Of a DNA stretch of 64,000 nucleotides, positions 1 to 9,976 are shown piece by piece. A program made the position numbers and the translations under genes. The notes beneath the pieces were generated by a model. It did no database searches, was not told where the DNA came from, and saw nothing but the letters and a program-made list of their open reading frames with translations. Numbering within the stretch: the stretch's first letter is position 1; each line of letters opens with the position of its first letter. Origin of the DNA: an uncultured Thermoproteaceae archaeon (lineage in GTDB: Archaea > Thermoproteota > Thermoprotei > Thermoproteales > Thermocladiaceae); assembly GCA_964575955.1 (NCBI GenBank), contig CAZNTG010000015.1, positions 19,943 to 83,942 on the forward strand, in the 5' to 3' direction.

Positions 1-2
1 GA

Positions 3-164
3 CTATTGATAGGGCTTAGTAGTGGTGCTGTTGTTACTGTCTTAGAGAGATTTGCTATGGAGAAGTTTGGTAGAGATAAGACATATCTACTGATATTTCC
101 TGACGATATATTTAAGTACATTGATACTCTAGATAGAGTATTAAGCATGTTAAAAGTATCTTAA
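3..164 (+). CDS. 3' end of PLP-dependent cysteine synthase-family enzyme (truncated by window edge)
   Basis: Manual translation [11 protein letters not shown]...[11 protein letters not shown]...* matches the G.SSGA and FPD..KY C-terminal motifs of CysK/CysM-type enzymes. Confidence 0.75.
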   Translation, partial: LLIGLSSGAVVTVLERFAMEKFGRDKTYLLIFPDDIFKYIDTLDRVLSMLKVS

Positions 165-250
165 CTAAATAACACCGAAAGTTTCACCCCTCTCTATAAG
201 TAATATTTTGCGATAGTTTAAAAAGGAAGTATACTGAATGTATACATAGA

Positions 251-490
251 ATGTTTAGAGTATATGTTAATCACATTAAAGGAAGAGTATTAATAAGTGG
301 TAGAGATGAAGATAGAGAACTAATTAGACAAGGTTGGAAAGTTGTGTACAGAACAACATCATGGAGAAAAGCTTACGAATATGCTAGAAAATTAGCAAAC
401 AAGTACGACTACATACTTGAGTGGTATCTTGAAGAGATGTTAACATTCACAACTGAGAAAATATCAACAAAACTCCTTAGTCTTAACTAA
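251..490 (+). CDS. small hypothetical protein
   Basis: 79-aa ORF with typical codon style; TATA-like TTTAAAA ~30 nt upstream. Confidence 0.65.
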   Translation: MFRVYVNHIKGRVLISGRDEDRELIRQGWKVVYRTTSWRKAYEYARKLANKYDYILEWYLEEMLTFTTEKISTKLLSLN

Positions 491-1393
491 TCCCGTTAAT
501 GTAGGAATAACTATTGCTCTACCATCAGGTAGATATTTAATATCTATAAATCCAGATCTCCATAACTTGAGTATAGACTTATCAACGACAGACTTATCAA
601 CACCGTACTGATGTGATATACTCTCTCTTAAAGCTTGTAGAGACATAAATCCAAGTTCTGATAATGTTGATAATATCTCTAAATCAATCCTCTCAAGTCT
701 TTGAGATGATAGTGAAAATGCAATATTACCAATATTGGAGATATGTGTAGATAATTTACATCTAACAATACTATCATCTCTAATCTTAAATACACCACAC
801 TCCTTAGGTATTGATGGAATATTTTGAATATATAGTTCATCAAATATATTTAAAAATCTTGGAGGTCTACAGGTAAATATGTAGGTACTATACTTCCTGA
901 ATATTAGAACGATATCTAAAATTTGATCAACATCATGTACATAGCATAGTACAGGTTTTTCACTCTTTAATATATTCCTAATATAGTATAGTATTAAGAT
1001 TGATAAGAATGTTGCAATATTGTCAAATGGTGGAATTATTATACAATTAGCTTCATTTGATTTATCAGAATCTTGACAAATACCTTTTAAAATATCTATG
1101 AGATAGTTAAGTTTAACATCTCTAAAGCTGTAGTTTAGTAGATTATCAATAATTTCACATAAATTTCTAGATCTAGATATTACATCTCTAAGTATTCCAT
1201 ATTCTTCATTTGTAATGTTGAATAGTTTTAATATTAAACTCATGATAAATGTCTTAAACTTACTATCTGAGGTATCTATACTCTTATAAATGTTGTAAGT
1301 TCCTTCAAATGGTGTTATTAATATTCCTCCACATTTCTTAACTTTACTATACACTACATCAAATGCTCTTAATCCAACTACAATACTTATCAT
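464..1393 (-). CDS. hypothetical protein with C-terminal winged-helix domain
   Basis: C-terminus LEILSTLSELG...VDKSILKLWRSGFIDIK...IVIPTLTG has a wHTH pattern; N-terminal part not recognised. Confidence 0.55.
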   Translation of the reverse strand: MISIVVGLRAFDVVYSKVKKCGGILITPFEGTYNIYKSIDTSDSKFKTFIMSLILKLFNITNEEYGILRDVISRSRNLCEIIDNLLNYSFRDVKLNYLIDILKGICQDSDKSNEANCIIIPPFDNIATFLSILILYYIRNILKSEKPVLCYVHDVDQILDIVLIFRKYSTYIFTCRPPRFLNIFDELYIQNIPSIPKECGVFKIRDDSIVRCKLSTHISNIGNIAFSLSSQRLERIDLEILSTLSELGFMSLQALRESISHQYGVDKSVVDKSILKLWRSGFIDIKYLPDGRAIVIPTLTGLVKTKEFC

Positions 1394-1440
1394 GTAATTT
1401 TCTACTCTACTTCTAGACTATTAGAGCTTATGTTTAAAGA

Positions 1441-2094
1441 TTGAGTATGTTAATATATGGCATGATAATTCACGATATACTGAACAAGATAGTTAGATAC
1501 TACATATCTAAATACTTTAGCTGGCTCTTTGAAGGACCTAGAGAGAATAGCTATGCTGTATATGAGGTGTTAGAGTGTAAAGCTAAGGTTGAGTTTACAA
1601 GATCACTACCATATACCATAGTTAGCACATTTATGTCTCCATCATCAATAATAGGATTGCTTGTTCATGAAGGATTTGGATCTATATTCTCAGATGTGTG
1701 TTCTACATATTGTAAAGTATATTCTAAAGAAGTTGAAGTTGATGGTGTTAAATATGTTATAAATGGGTGGCCAGACTACTACGACGGTTATAGGGTGATA
1801 GAGTTGAAATATACTTCTCATCCTGTGAAAGAACCTGAAAATAGACATATACAACAGGTAAGAATGTATCTATGGCTTACAGAAGCTAGAAAAGGGTATC
1901 TACTATACATAACTCCTAGGAAGGTATATGAATTTGAAATTGATAATCCAATGACAAATGAGGAAGTTGTTGAATTAATAAAGAATTGGACATCACCAAG
2001 AGATCCTTCAGAATGTACACAATGCATATTTAGATCAGTATGTCCTTACAGTGTTGAGAGAGTTGAAAGACAGTCAAAAGAGCAGAGAGAATAG
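1441..2094 (+). CDS. cas4: solo Cas4-family PD-(D/E)xK nuclease with Fe-S cluster
   Basis: N-terminal Cys (LECK), GLLVH, GWPD...IELK, QVRMY and C-terminal CxxCxxxxxC (CTQCIFRSVC); no array or other cas genes nearby. Confidence 0.85.
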   Translation: MSMLIYGMIIHDILNKIVRYYISKYFSWLFEGPRENSYAVYEVLECKAKVEFTRSLPYTIVSTFMSPSSIIGLLVHEGFGSIFSDVCSTYCKVYSKEVEVDGVKYVINGWPDYYDGYRVIELKYTSHPVKEPENRHIQQVRMYLWLTEARKGYLLYITPRKVYEFEIDNPMTNEEVVELIKNWTSPRDPSECTQCIFRSVCPYSVERVERQSKEQRE

Positions 2095-2095
2095 T

Positions 2096-2830
2096 TTATT
2101 CAAAATTTTGATAATCAGATACAACACTCTCAACCTCTCTCAAAATGAGATCTCTATAAATACTATACTTAAAAGCTTCTCCATGACCGGGAAGTATTAA
2201 TGTACTATTATCAAGAATATTATCAATCTTCATAATACTTTCAAACATCTTTCTAGGATTAGAATGTGGTAAATCAACTCTACCAATACCACCTTCAAGT
2301 ATTGTATCACCAGTAATTGCTAGGTCTACATCTTCAAAATATAGTACTGAACTACCCATAGTATGTCCAGGAGTGTGTATTAACAATATGTTTAGATTAT
2401 CGATACATATTCTATACCCATCTTCAAGTAATATGTCAGGTCTATGTTTTCTATGTCCAAATATGTCAGGATCGTAGTCATATAATCCTAAAGTCATCTT
2501 AATTAATTCATGTTCTGTATAGTCATCAAGTAGGTATGCATCAGCTCTATGTATCATAATTCTACAATTTATAAACTCTTTAAAATCAACATTAGCACAA
2601 GTATGATCAAGATGTCCATGAGTGTTAAATATATCAACTCTATTAACATCATTTAAAAACTTATGAATTATCTCAGCTATGATGTGTTTATTAGAGATGT
2701 TAAATCCTGGATCGACTATAAGTGCATATTCTCCACATTTAACTACGTATGTATTTGTTCTATAGTGGTTAGATATTACTCTAAATATCTTTAACTTATC
2801 ACTATCTAACAATATTTCCATTAATCTCAC
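2096..2830 (-). CDS. MBL-fold metallo-hydrolase (glyoxalase II-like)
   Basis: THGHLDH, HTPGHT, TGD and PGHG motifs. Confidence 0.9.
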   Translation of the reverse strand: MRLMEILLDSDKLKIFRVISNHYRTNTYVVKCGEYALIVDPGFNISNKHIIAEIIHKFLNDVNRVDIFNTHGHLDHTCANVDFKEFINCRIMIHRADAYLLDDYTEHELIKMTLGLYDYDPDIFGHRKHRPDILLEDGYRICIDNLNILLIHTPGHTMGSSVLYFEDVDLAITGDTILEGGIGRVDLPHSNPRKMFESIMKIDNILDNSTLILPGHGEAFKYSIYRDLILREVESVVSDYQNFE

Positions 2831-3873
2831 TCTTCAATTATTATCTCTTCACTTATTGGTATAATTTTGTCATTAAATATCACAACTCTAATATGAGAAC
2901 CTTCAGGAATATCTAGATATCCTAGATCTATTACTCTATCTTTAAACTCAGCTATTGTTTTATCACCTCTCTTACGTATCTTCGCAGTATGTATTTCAAC
3001 TTTTAATTTTCTTATATCTCTCTTAATTATGTCGTTTATATTCATTCTAACGTTTTGTTGTGTATCTAGGTCTTTCATATATACACTATTTCTAGATACT
3101 GCAAGTATGTAGTATGCACCTCTACCATCTATAGATATTACATCACCTCTCTTTATATTTAAAATATGTATACTTATTGTTAGTCTTGTAATTGGTCTAC
3201 CACTTCTATCCATTCCAACAAGCTTATGAGACTCTATCATCCTACTTGGAAATGTTCTATGAATTGCAGATGCTATAGCTCTAGCTATTGTATTATTTGT
3301 AAGTTTAATATCAAATCCGTAATCTCTCTCTTCAATATCTATAACAGCACCTCTTTGAACTTCTTCACTTTTAGCAAGTACCTGATTTATTATATGCCTA
3401 ATAAGCATTAGATCATCTTTAGTATAGTTCTCACCAACATATCTAACCTGTATAAGTGCCTTCTCTTTACCAATAATTATACTTCTACATGTTGGACATA
3501 CATCTGGTACAAGCTTAATGTATACCTTGTACTCTTCACAATACTCTTCACTAATCTTATCACTAGCCTTACCACATACTACAATTGGAACTTCCTGTTC
3601 ACCTTCCTGTAATTCGAAATCACCAATATCTACTCTAGATATTATACCTCTAGTTTTTAATAATTCTAAAATATGTTTCTTAATAACATCTATCCTTCTA
3701 GTCCATCTACCTCTATAAAGTACTGAACCACAGTTTACACATACCTTAAATGTTAACCTATCAATACTTGGAAGATTTTTAACTAGAGGATTATTTTTCC
3801 TGAAACAATTTTCACAAAGACCATCAATAAGCCTATCCGTCTCTCTACCACATATAGGACATATACGTCTCAT
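2827..3873 (-). CDS. nmd3: NMD3-family ribosome biogenesis protein
   Basis: Four CxxC pairs (CPIC, CENC, CVNC, CPTC), ALIQVR and KLVGMDRSG...R.TIS motifs. Confidence 0.9.
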   Translation of the reverse strand: MRRICPICGRETDRLIDGLCENCFRKNNPLVKNLPSIDRLTFKVCVNCGSVLYRGRWTRRIDVIKKHILELLKTRGIISRVDIGDFELQEGEQEVPIVVCGKASDKISEEYCEEYKVYIKLVPDVCPTCRSIIIGKEKALIQVRYVGENYTKDDLMLIRHIINQVLAKSEEVQRGAVIDIEERDYGFDIKLTNNTIARAIASAIHRTFPSRMIESHKLVGMDRSGRPITRLTISIHILNIKRGDVISIDGRGAYYILAVSRNSVYMKDLDTQQNVRMNINDIIKRDIRKLKVEIHTAKIRKRGDKTIAEFKDRVIDLGYLDIPEGSHIRVVIFNDKIIPISEEIIIEE

Positions 3874-3923
3874 ATCTTCAAGAGTATACTCTCAACATAA
3901 TAAAATTTTATAAAGATGTAAGA

Positions 3924-3980
3924 TCCCCGCGGCTCGTCAGGTAGCCTCACAGGAAGCCGCCTCGGCTTCCTCAGCTACCA
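3924..3980 (-). ncRNA. GC-rich K-turn hairpin small RNA; candidate non-canonical H/ACA-like guide
   Basis: Minus strand GGTAGC-TGA-GGAAGCCG-AGG-CGGCTTCC-TGTGAG-GCTACC forms two stems with tandem G.A pairs and a 3-nt bulge (K-turn); TTTATAAA box at 4002-4009 is ~25 nt upstream. Confidence 0.6.
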
Positions 3981-4050
3981 TCTCTAGATTATGGAAGTGT
4001 ATTTATAAACCTTCTATCAAGATATTTAAATACCCCAGCACAGCTGACAT

Positions 4051-4099
4051 GTGAAGAGGGGCCTCTCGGCCTGACTTGGTGATGGTCTTAGAAAAATGA
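4051..4099 (+). ncRNA. box C/D sRNA candidate 1 (degenerate boxes)
   Basis: C GTGAAGA 4051, guide GGGGCCTCTCGGC, D' CTGA 4071, C' GTGATGG, D ATGA 4096; TTTAAATA promoter at ~4025. Confidence 0.5.
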
Positions 4100-4145
4100 T
4101 GATCTGGACCTTCAATGATTTGGTGATTAGGCTGAGCTAGGCTGA
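4096..4145 (+). ncRNA. box C/D sRNA candidate 2
   Basis: C ATGATGA 4096-4102, guide TCTGGACCTTCA, D' ATGA, C' TGGTGA, guide TTAGGCTGAGCTAGG (antisense to tRNA D-arm-like TAGCTCAGCCT), D CTGA 4142-4145. Confidence 0.75.
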
Positions 4146-4176
4146 TAAAAAGAAAAAGATCTTAACCTATATTTTA

Positions 4177-5994
4177 TTGAGAGATGTGTTAAAGTTTAGT
4201 AAGCAAATTAGAGATCCAGTACTTGGATGGATATGGTTGACAGACGAGGAGACTAGGCTTATAGATTCCTGTCCCTACATACAGAGATTGAGATATGTAC
4301 ATCAGCTAGGTCTTGCACATCTAGTATATCCAACAGCTAGACATACAAGATTTGAACATAGTCTAGGTGTAATGCATATTTCTACAAAAATGTTTCAAAC
4401 ACTTGTAGATAGAGAAAAGAGTTCAAAAATACTTCAAGATCTTATAGATAAACTAGGTATTAAAGATCAAAAAATGTCAACACTACTACAACACTTAAGG
4501 ATAGCAGCATTACTACACGATATAGGTCATTACCCATTTTCACACAGTCTAGATAACTTCTTATCATCAATACTTTCAGAGATATTGAAGATACCAGAAT
4601 TTAGAGACATACTAGATGTAGAGGATAGAGATGTAAAATATATAGAAAATATATCATCATCACTATACATAGCTAAAGAACATGAATGTATAACATATAC
4701 ACTACTATCAAAGAATTTGGAATTATTAAAAGTAGTGGAAGAATCCATACCAAATATCGATATTAGACTAGTTAAAGATATACTATTCACAGACATATTT
4801 AATCAAATTATAGAACTTAACATAAATATAGAATATATGAAAGATGATATTGATAGAGTTAAAAAATATGATAAAGATATTTTAAAAGGCTTAAAACTGC
4901 TTCACAATATAATATCAAGTAGTTTAGACTCAGACAGGATAGACTACATGTTAAGAGATCTATACTTCACAGGTGCTAGTGTAAGTACAAACATAACTCT
5001 AGGAGACGTTGAAAGAATATTAACAAATATGGATGTCATTGAAGATGATGAAGGAGTATTAATAACATATAATGAAAAAGCTAGAGCATCATTAGAAGGG
5101 TTTGTAATAGCTAGATACAACTTATATAAATGGGTATATCTTCATCATAAAGTTACACTAATGTCAACACTCATGAGACTACTATACATGTTAATATTGA
5201 CAAATATTGATAAAATTGTAAATATTGAAATGGTTATAAGACATGTTAAAGATATTATAGAATTCTTAACAGGATGTATAGATAGTGTAAGTATTATGAG
5301 ATTAACAGACTACTACGTATATACAATGTTATCAAGACATTATAAAGAACTTATAGAAGTTTTAGGAAATGCTGGTAAATATATAATAGAAAGTCTACTT
5401 ATAAGAAAGAATTACTTTAAACCAATATGGAAGAGAGATGTAGAGTTTGAACATATATTAAAAATTGCAACAGGTGAAGATGCTAATCAATTCAATGCTA
5501 GAATTGGAGCATTAATATATGAAGTTAGTAAGAATCCAAAAATATTTAATGAACTATTATCAATATTCTATAGAAGATTAATACATGAATTGAAGATAGC
5601 TTCAGAAATATACAATATTGATAATCACACCAGAGAGTGTATTGAAAAACTATGCTCAAACTTAGAGAAGGATCCCATAGTTAATGTTGTTATAGGATAT
5701 GTATACTTTGAACCTGATGTAAATATATACATATCGTCTATAGATAGGAGTAAGGTTGATCTAAAAGATATATCACCACTAACAGTGTCAGTAAAAGAGG
5801 CTTGGGATAGATCACCAAAGATATTCATATATATAAATAGTAGTGAAATATCTAACATATGTACTAAAGATAATATTGAAACACTTATGAAGATATTGAA
5901 GATATGTATTATAAAGGCTCTAGATTCATCAATTAAGGACTTAGTAAATATATATCCTAAATCTTCCTTGCATAAAGTCCAAATCCTTCAATAG
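4177..5994 (+). CDS. HD-domain phosphohydrolase (dNTP triphosphohydrolase/SAMHD1-like)
   Basis: IRDPV, QRLRYVHQLG, HTRFEHSLG, LLHDIGH, LDSDRIDY and VYLHHK motifs. Confidence 0.9.
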   Translation: MRDVLKFSKQIRDPVLGWIWLTDEETRLIDSCPYIQRLRYVHQLGLAHLVYPTARHTRFEHSLGVMHISTKMFQTLVDREKSSKILQDLIDKLGIKDQKMSTLLQHLRIAALLHDIGHYPFSHSLDNFLSSILSEILKIPEFRDILDVEDRDVKYIENISSSLYIAKEHECITYTLLSKNLELLKVVEESIPNIDIRLVKDILFTDIFNQIIELNINIEYMKDDIDRVKKYDKDILKGLKLLHNIISSSLDSDRIDYMLRDLYFTGASVSTNITLGDVERILTNMDVIEDDEGVLITYNEKARASLEGFVIARYNLYKWVYLHHKVTLMSTLMRLLYMLILTNIDKIVNIEMVIRHVKDIIEFLTGCIDSVSIMRLTDYYVYTMLSRHYKELIEVLGNAGKYIIESLLIRKNYFKPIWKRDVEFEHILKIATGEDANQFNARIGALIYEVSKNPKIFNELLSIFYRRLIHELKIASEIYNIDNHTRECIEKLCSNLEKDPIVNVVIGYVYFEPDVNIYISSIDRSKVDLKDISPLTVSVKEAWDRSPKIFIYINSSEISNICTKDNIETLMKILKICIIKALDSSIKDLVNIYPKSSLHKVQILQ

Positions 5995-6868
5995 TCTTAA
6001 TAATTTGAAAGCCAGCCTCTTTAAGCCTCTTTATAACTCCCTTCATAACATTCAAACCTCTATATTTAGAACCTGTAGCTCCTGTATAGTGAAATAATAT
6101 TCCACCTCTCTTCAATATTCTCCTAAATTCTTTATAAAGTTCTAGACTATATAAATCACCTGTTGTTGACATAAGTCTTGGAGGATCGTGTAGTATATAG
6201 TTAAAATATTCATCATCAATAATTTCAACAATATCTAAAATAGATGCGTTAACTATATCAACTTTATAATTTTTCAAGAATGTTGAGTATGGATTAAGTC
6301 TAGATATTTGAAGTACTTGTGAATCAATTTCTACAGACAATATGTATGATGCTCCTCTATCTAGTGCAGCACTAGCTGTATATCCTAGACATGCACAGGT
6401 ATCTAACACTTTATCTCCCTTCTTCACATACAGAACCTTCATCTTGGCATCTTCTATAGGATCTCTCTGTAATGTATGCATTACAATTCCATTAATTATC
6501 AATGTTGGAGCCCAATTTTCATATACTTGGCATAGTTTATAGAAGTTATCTTTCCAAAATACTGTCCTGTAGATACCATCTCTATCTATGTATATTAGAG
6601 ATTTACAAGTTTCATCACTCTCTCTATCAATATAATCTTCTAAGCATTCTAAAAAGTAAGATCTTTCAATACATGTATAATTACCTATTTTAACAATATC
6701 TTTATAAATCTCTATTCTGAAGTTAAAGTATGATGTATATGTATATTCTTCACTATTTCTCAATATCATTAATAATCTTTGAGCGTCCCAAAATGTGAGT
6801 ATTGGCGTATGTATTTGGTAGTTTGAAACTTTCACACACCTCACTATATAATGTAACGTAAACAACAC
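5957..6868 (-). CDS. archaeal SAM-dependent methyltransferase (COG2521-like)
   Basis: PTLIINGIVMH, VLDTCACLGYTA, HDPPR and GGILFHYTG motifs. Confidence 0.85.
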   Translation of the reverse strand: MLFTLHYIVRCVKVSNYQIHTPILTFWDAQRLLMILRNSEEYTYTSYFNFRIEIYKDIVKIGNYTCIERSYFLECLEDYIDRESDETCKSLIYIDRDGIYRTVFWKDNFYKLCQVYENWAPTLIINGIVMHTLQRDPIEDAKMKVLYVKKGDKVLDTCACLGYTASAALDRGASYILSVEIDSQVLQISRLNPYSTFLKNYKVDIVNASILDIVEIIDDEYFNYILHDPPRLMSTTGDLYSLELYKEFRRILKRGGILFHYTGATGSKYRGLNVMKGVIKRLKEAGFQIIKTIEGFGLYARKI

Positions 6869-6900
6869 CTCTTAATATCATATAACACATGTATATGTAG

Positions 6901-7125
6901 ATGAGAGACAACTTATCAATTCTAAATGTCAGACTTGAACTAGTTAAGAAACTTTCAGATAGAGAGCTACCTATTGAGGAATTTGAGAAAATTCTACTTG
7001 AGTTGAGCAGAGATTTTGAAGATATAGATAGATTGAAAATGAGTATTGCAGATCTCATAAAAGTAAAGAATAGTAGAGTATCGCTAAGCAGAGAAGGATT
7101 ACTACTTCTATCACTACTTAGATAG
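6901..7125 (+). CDS. small hypothetical protein (wHTH-like)
   Basis: 74-aa ORF ending DLIKV...VSLSREGLLLL. Confidence 0.55.
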   Translation: MRDNLSILNVRLELVKKLSDRELPIEEFEKILLELSRDFEDIDRLKMSIADLIKVKNSRVSLSREGLLLLSLLR

Positions 7126-8242
7126 AGTAGAGTAGTAGTATAAGTCCTAGGATTATCGATATTAGAAATATTGGAGTAGCATACTTATGGTAAGATTTCA
7201 TAGAGATACCCGAGAGTCTAACAGCTATGAAATTCGCTAAAGAACCTATGACTGTACCAAGACCTGCAACATTAACTCCATACAACAATGCTATCAAAGT
7301 CCTATCCTTAATTGCTTGATTTATTAGGAGTATTGTTGAAGGAACATTGCTAACAAATTGTGAAATTATTATCGAAAATAGGTATGTCCATGTAGGACTA
7401 CGTATGATATTTGTAAATATGTTACATTTTCTTAAGATAAGTGCAATTTGTCCAAAATCTGCAAACATGAGTATAAATAACAGAATTAGTAGATAGTCAA
7501 CTTTCTTAAATACTCTATAATTAGCTAGAAGTATCGCAATAACTGTCACTAGTGTTGCAATTATGATCTTATTAAACTCTATCATAACTATGTCAAAGAT
7601 TAGTAATATCGTAGATATAGTTGCAAGTTTTTTATCTATATCAACCTCAAATTTATAAAATCCCCTAGCATGCACATTTCTCTGACTTCTCAAGTATATG
7701 TAGATTATGGATAGTAAACTTATGGATAGTAGAAGTACTAGTGGTGCTGTTATTATGCAAAATTTTAAGAATGATATTTTACTAAATCTCCATATTATTA
7801 TATTTTGAGGATTTCCTATTGGTGTTAATGTTGATCCTATATTTGCACTAGCTGCAATATCTATAACTATTATAGATTTATCAATTTCTAAAATATCTGC
7901 GATATATAGTGAGAGAGGTGTAAACATTATTACAGTACAGTCGTTCATTATAAACATTGCAGATATTGATGATAGTATTGTTAGCAGTATTATTACTAGC
8001 TTTCTATTATTTCTACATCTCTCTATTATATCTATAGCTACTTTTTGAAATAGTCTAGATTCTTCAAAACTTCTTGAAAGTAGGATAAATATGAATATTG
8101 TTAATATTGTGTCTACATCTACTAATTTTGGTATTTTCTCTAAAAATCTTGGTATAGATATCGCAAATATGATGAATATTATAGCTAGTATTATTAGAAA
8201 TATCTCCTTTAGAATTAATCTCCTTATCTTATCCATTCTCAT
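7118..8242 (-). CDS. SLC13/ArsB/NhaD-family anion permease
   Basis: Multi-pass hydrophobic protein with ANIGSTLTPIGNPQN, SQFVSNVP and GSLAN motifs. Confidence 0.9.
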   Translation of the reverse strand: MRMDKIRRLILKEIFLIILAIIFIIFAISIPRFLEKIPKLVDVDTILTIFIFILLSRSFEESRLFQKVAIDIIERCRNNRKLVIILLTILSSISAMFIMNDCTVIMFTPLSLYIADILEIDKSIIVIDIAASANIGSTLTPIGNPQNIIIWRFSKISFLKFCIITAPLVLLLSISLLSIIYIYLRSQRNVHARGFYKFEVDIDKKLATISTILLIFDIVMIEFNKIIIATLVTVIAILLANYRVFKKVDYLLILLFILMFADFGQIALILRKCNIFTNIIRSPTWTYLFSIIISQFVSNVPSTILLINQAIKDRTLIALLYGVNVAGLGTVIGSLANFIAVRLSGISMKSYHKYATPIFLISIILGLILLLYSI

Positions 8243-8332
8243 CGCTAGATACTTCGTGTATATTTAGACACATCTAATTAACGATATCTAAAAGGGCAAT
8301 CTTTAAAGAGGGTTTACATATCGTGAATTTAA

Positions 8333-8641
8333 ATGCCTAGAAAAGCTAGAATTAGAATTTGGGGTACTGATCATAGAAAAGTTGAAGAGCTTGCTCGAGA
8401 GATAGTTGATATTGCTAAGAAGTGTGGTGTAAATGTGTCAGGTCCAATACCATTACCAACACGTAGATTGATAGTTACTGTGAGAAGAGCTCCTAGTGGT
8501 CAGGGATATCACACATTTGATCATTGGGAACTTAGAATTCATAAGAGGTTGATAGATATGGATGCTGATGAGAGAGCATTAAAACAACTTATGAGAATTA
8601 GAGTTCCTGAAGATGTTAAGATAGAGATAGAGCTAATTTAG
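8333..8641 (+). CDS. rpsJ: 30S ribosomal protein S10 (uS10)
   Basis: SGPIPLPT...RRAPSGQG...WELRIHKRLID. Confidence 0.98.
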   Translation: MPRKARIRIWGTDHRKVEELAREIVDIAKKCGVNVSGPIPLPTRRLIVTVRRAPSGQGYHTFDHWELRIHKRLIDMDADERALKQLMRIRVPEDVKIEIELI

Positions 8642-9660
8642 CGAGGTCTAACTTTCCTAAGCTTAATACCAACCATCTCAGAAATAGTTTGAACAACACT
8701 TCTCATAATCTTTCTCATCCAAACATCTTGACTTTTAGGAATAGCTGCAGCACCAGCCTTATCATGTCCACCACCCTGTCCATTAAACACGGTTGAAATC
8801 TTTCTACAGAGCTCAGCCATAGATATATTATTCAACTTTGTACGTGCAATAATTCTAAATTCTTCATCATGTTCAGAAACTACTACAGCAATATCACATC
8901 CAGCATCTAAAAGAACTCTTGCAAGCGATGCTTCATGTGCACTTACATGACTGATACATAATATATTATTATCAAATCTGTAAGCTTCCATCCTCATAAT
9001 ACCTTTAATTCTAGCCATCTTCTCATCAAAAGGTAACTCTCTACTGAATAATGCATTTACAATATTTTCAAACTCTATATCAAACTTCTTCAATAGATTA
9101 GACAATATCTCAAATGTTGTAGCGTTAGCCTTAGAAAATCTTCTACTATCAATCAATATTGCAGCTATTGAAAGTATTGCTAAATCTCTATCAACAATAT
9201 CTACAAGTTCAGGAATTTCTCTATAAATTATCTCACATGTTGATGTAGCATATTTATCAGCAACTATGTGTAGATCTTTAACACCTATATTATCACTCCT
9301 GATAGAGTGATGATCTATCCACAAAACTCTCTTCACTCTATTTAAAACATTTGTAAAATTTCCAATTTGAACTATAGAACTTACATCAACTATTATTAGA
9401 GTATCGAAATCTCTAATAACTAGTTTATTGAAATCATCAATATAAAACTCATCATAATGTTTCATCTTCATTTTAGTTAAGAAATCTTTAACACTTTTAG
9501 ATATTCCTTCAGGTATTGATATTATTATCTTACTAAGTCCTATACTTCTTAAATATCTATATATGAGTATTGTTGATACAAATCCGTCGAGATCTGCATT
9601 TCTATGGGTTATTATTAGTGTTGGTTCTTGAGAATTGTTTAATAATTCTTTCAATCTCAT
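8638..9660 (-). CDS. DHH-family phosphoesterase
   Basis: THRNADLDG, IDHH and GGGH..AGA motifs. Confidence 0.92.
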   Translation of the reverse strand: MRLKELLNNSQEPTLIITHRNADLDGFVSTILIYRYLRSIGLSKIIISIPEGISKSVKDFLTKMKMKHYDEFYIDDFNKLVIRDFDTLIIVDVSSIVQIGNFTNVLNRVKRVLWIDHHSIRSDNIGVKDLHIVADKYATSTCEIIYREIPELVDIVDRDLAILSIAAILIDSRRFSKANATTFEILSNLLKKFDIEFENIVNALFSRELPFDEKMARIKGIMRMEAYRFDNNILCISHVSAHEASLARVLLDAGCDIAVVVSEHDEEFRIIARTKLNNISMAELCRKISTVFNGQGGGHDKAGAAAIPKSQDVWMRKIMRSVVQTISEMVGIKLRKVRPR

Positions 9661-9976
9661 CCTTACTTACCTTAAAATTTCTTTTTAATATGTGATTAAT
9701 AACTTTATCAAGTATTTGAAAGCCATATTCAACAGCTGAATCTGCAACTTCTCTCAACATCTCATCTTTAACTAGTAGATCAGTCTCTATGTTTACATCT
9801 ATCTCGAAGTTTAGTTTCTCATAATCGAGAATTCTAACTGTGACATCGATATCTCTAATCCTCCTACCTTTCAATCTATCAATTATGTAGTCCACAACTT
9901 TTGAGGCTACTAGAGATGCTACATATCTGAGAAGTTCTTTACTATCCTCCTCCACCTCCACTTGGTGCTCCACCAC
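9602..9976 (-). CDS. DUF3194-like conserved archaeal protein
   Basis: Size, acidic beta-strand pattern and conserved position between prefoldin beta and the DHH gene. Confidence 0.6.
   Translation of the reverse strand: MVEHQVEVEEDSKELLRYVASLVASKVVDYIIDRLKGRRIRDIDVTVRILDYEKLNFEIDVNIETDLLVKDEMLREVADSAVEYGFQILDKVINHILKRNFKVSKDEIERIIKQFSRTNTNNNP

Noticed and set aside
1441-2094. CRISPR-Cas locus
   Set aside because: No repeat-spacer array or other cas genes seen in the window
3920-3985. tRNA gene or simple terminator hairpin
   Set aside because: No cloverleaf or T-loop GTTC motif; the internal loop fits a K-turn and has its own TATA box
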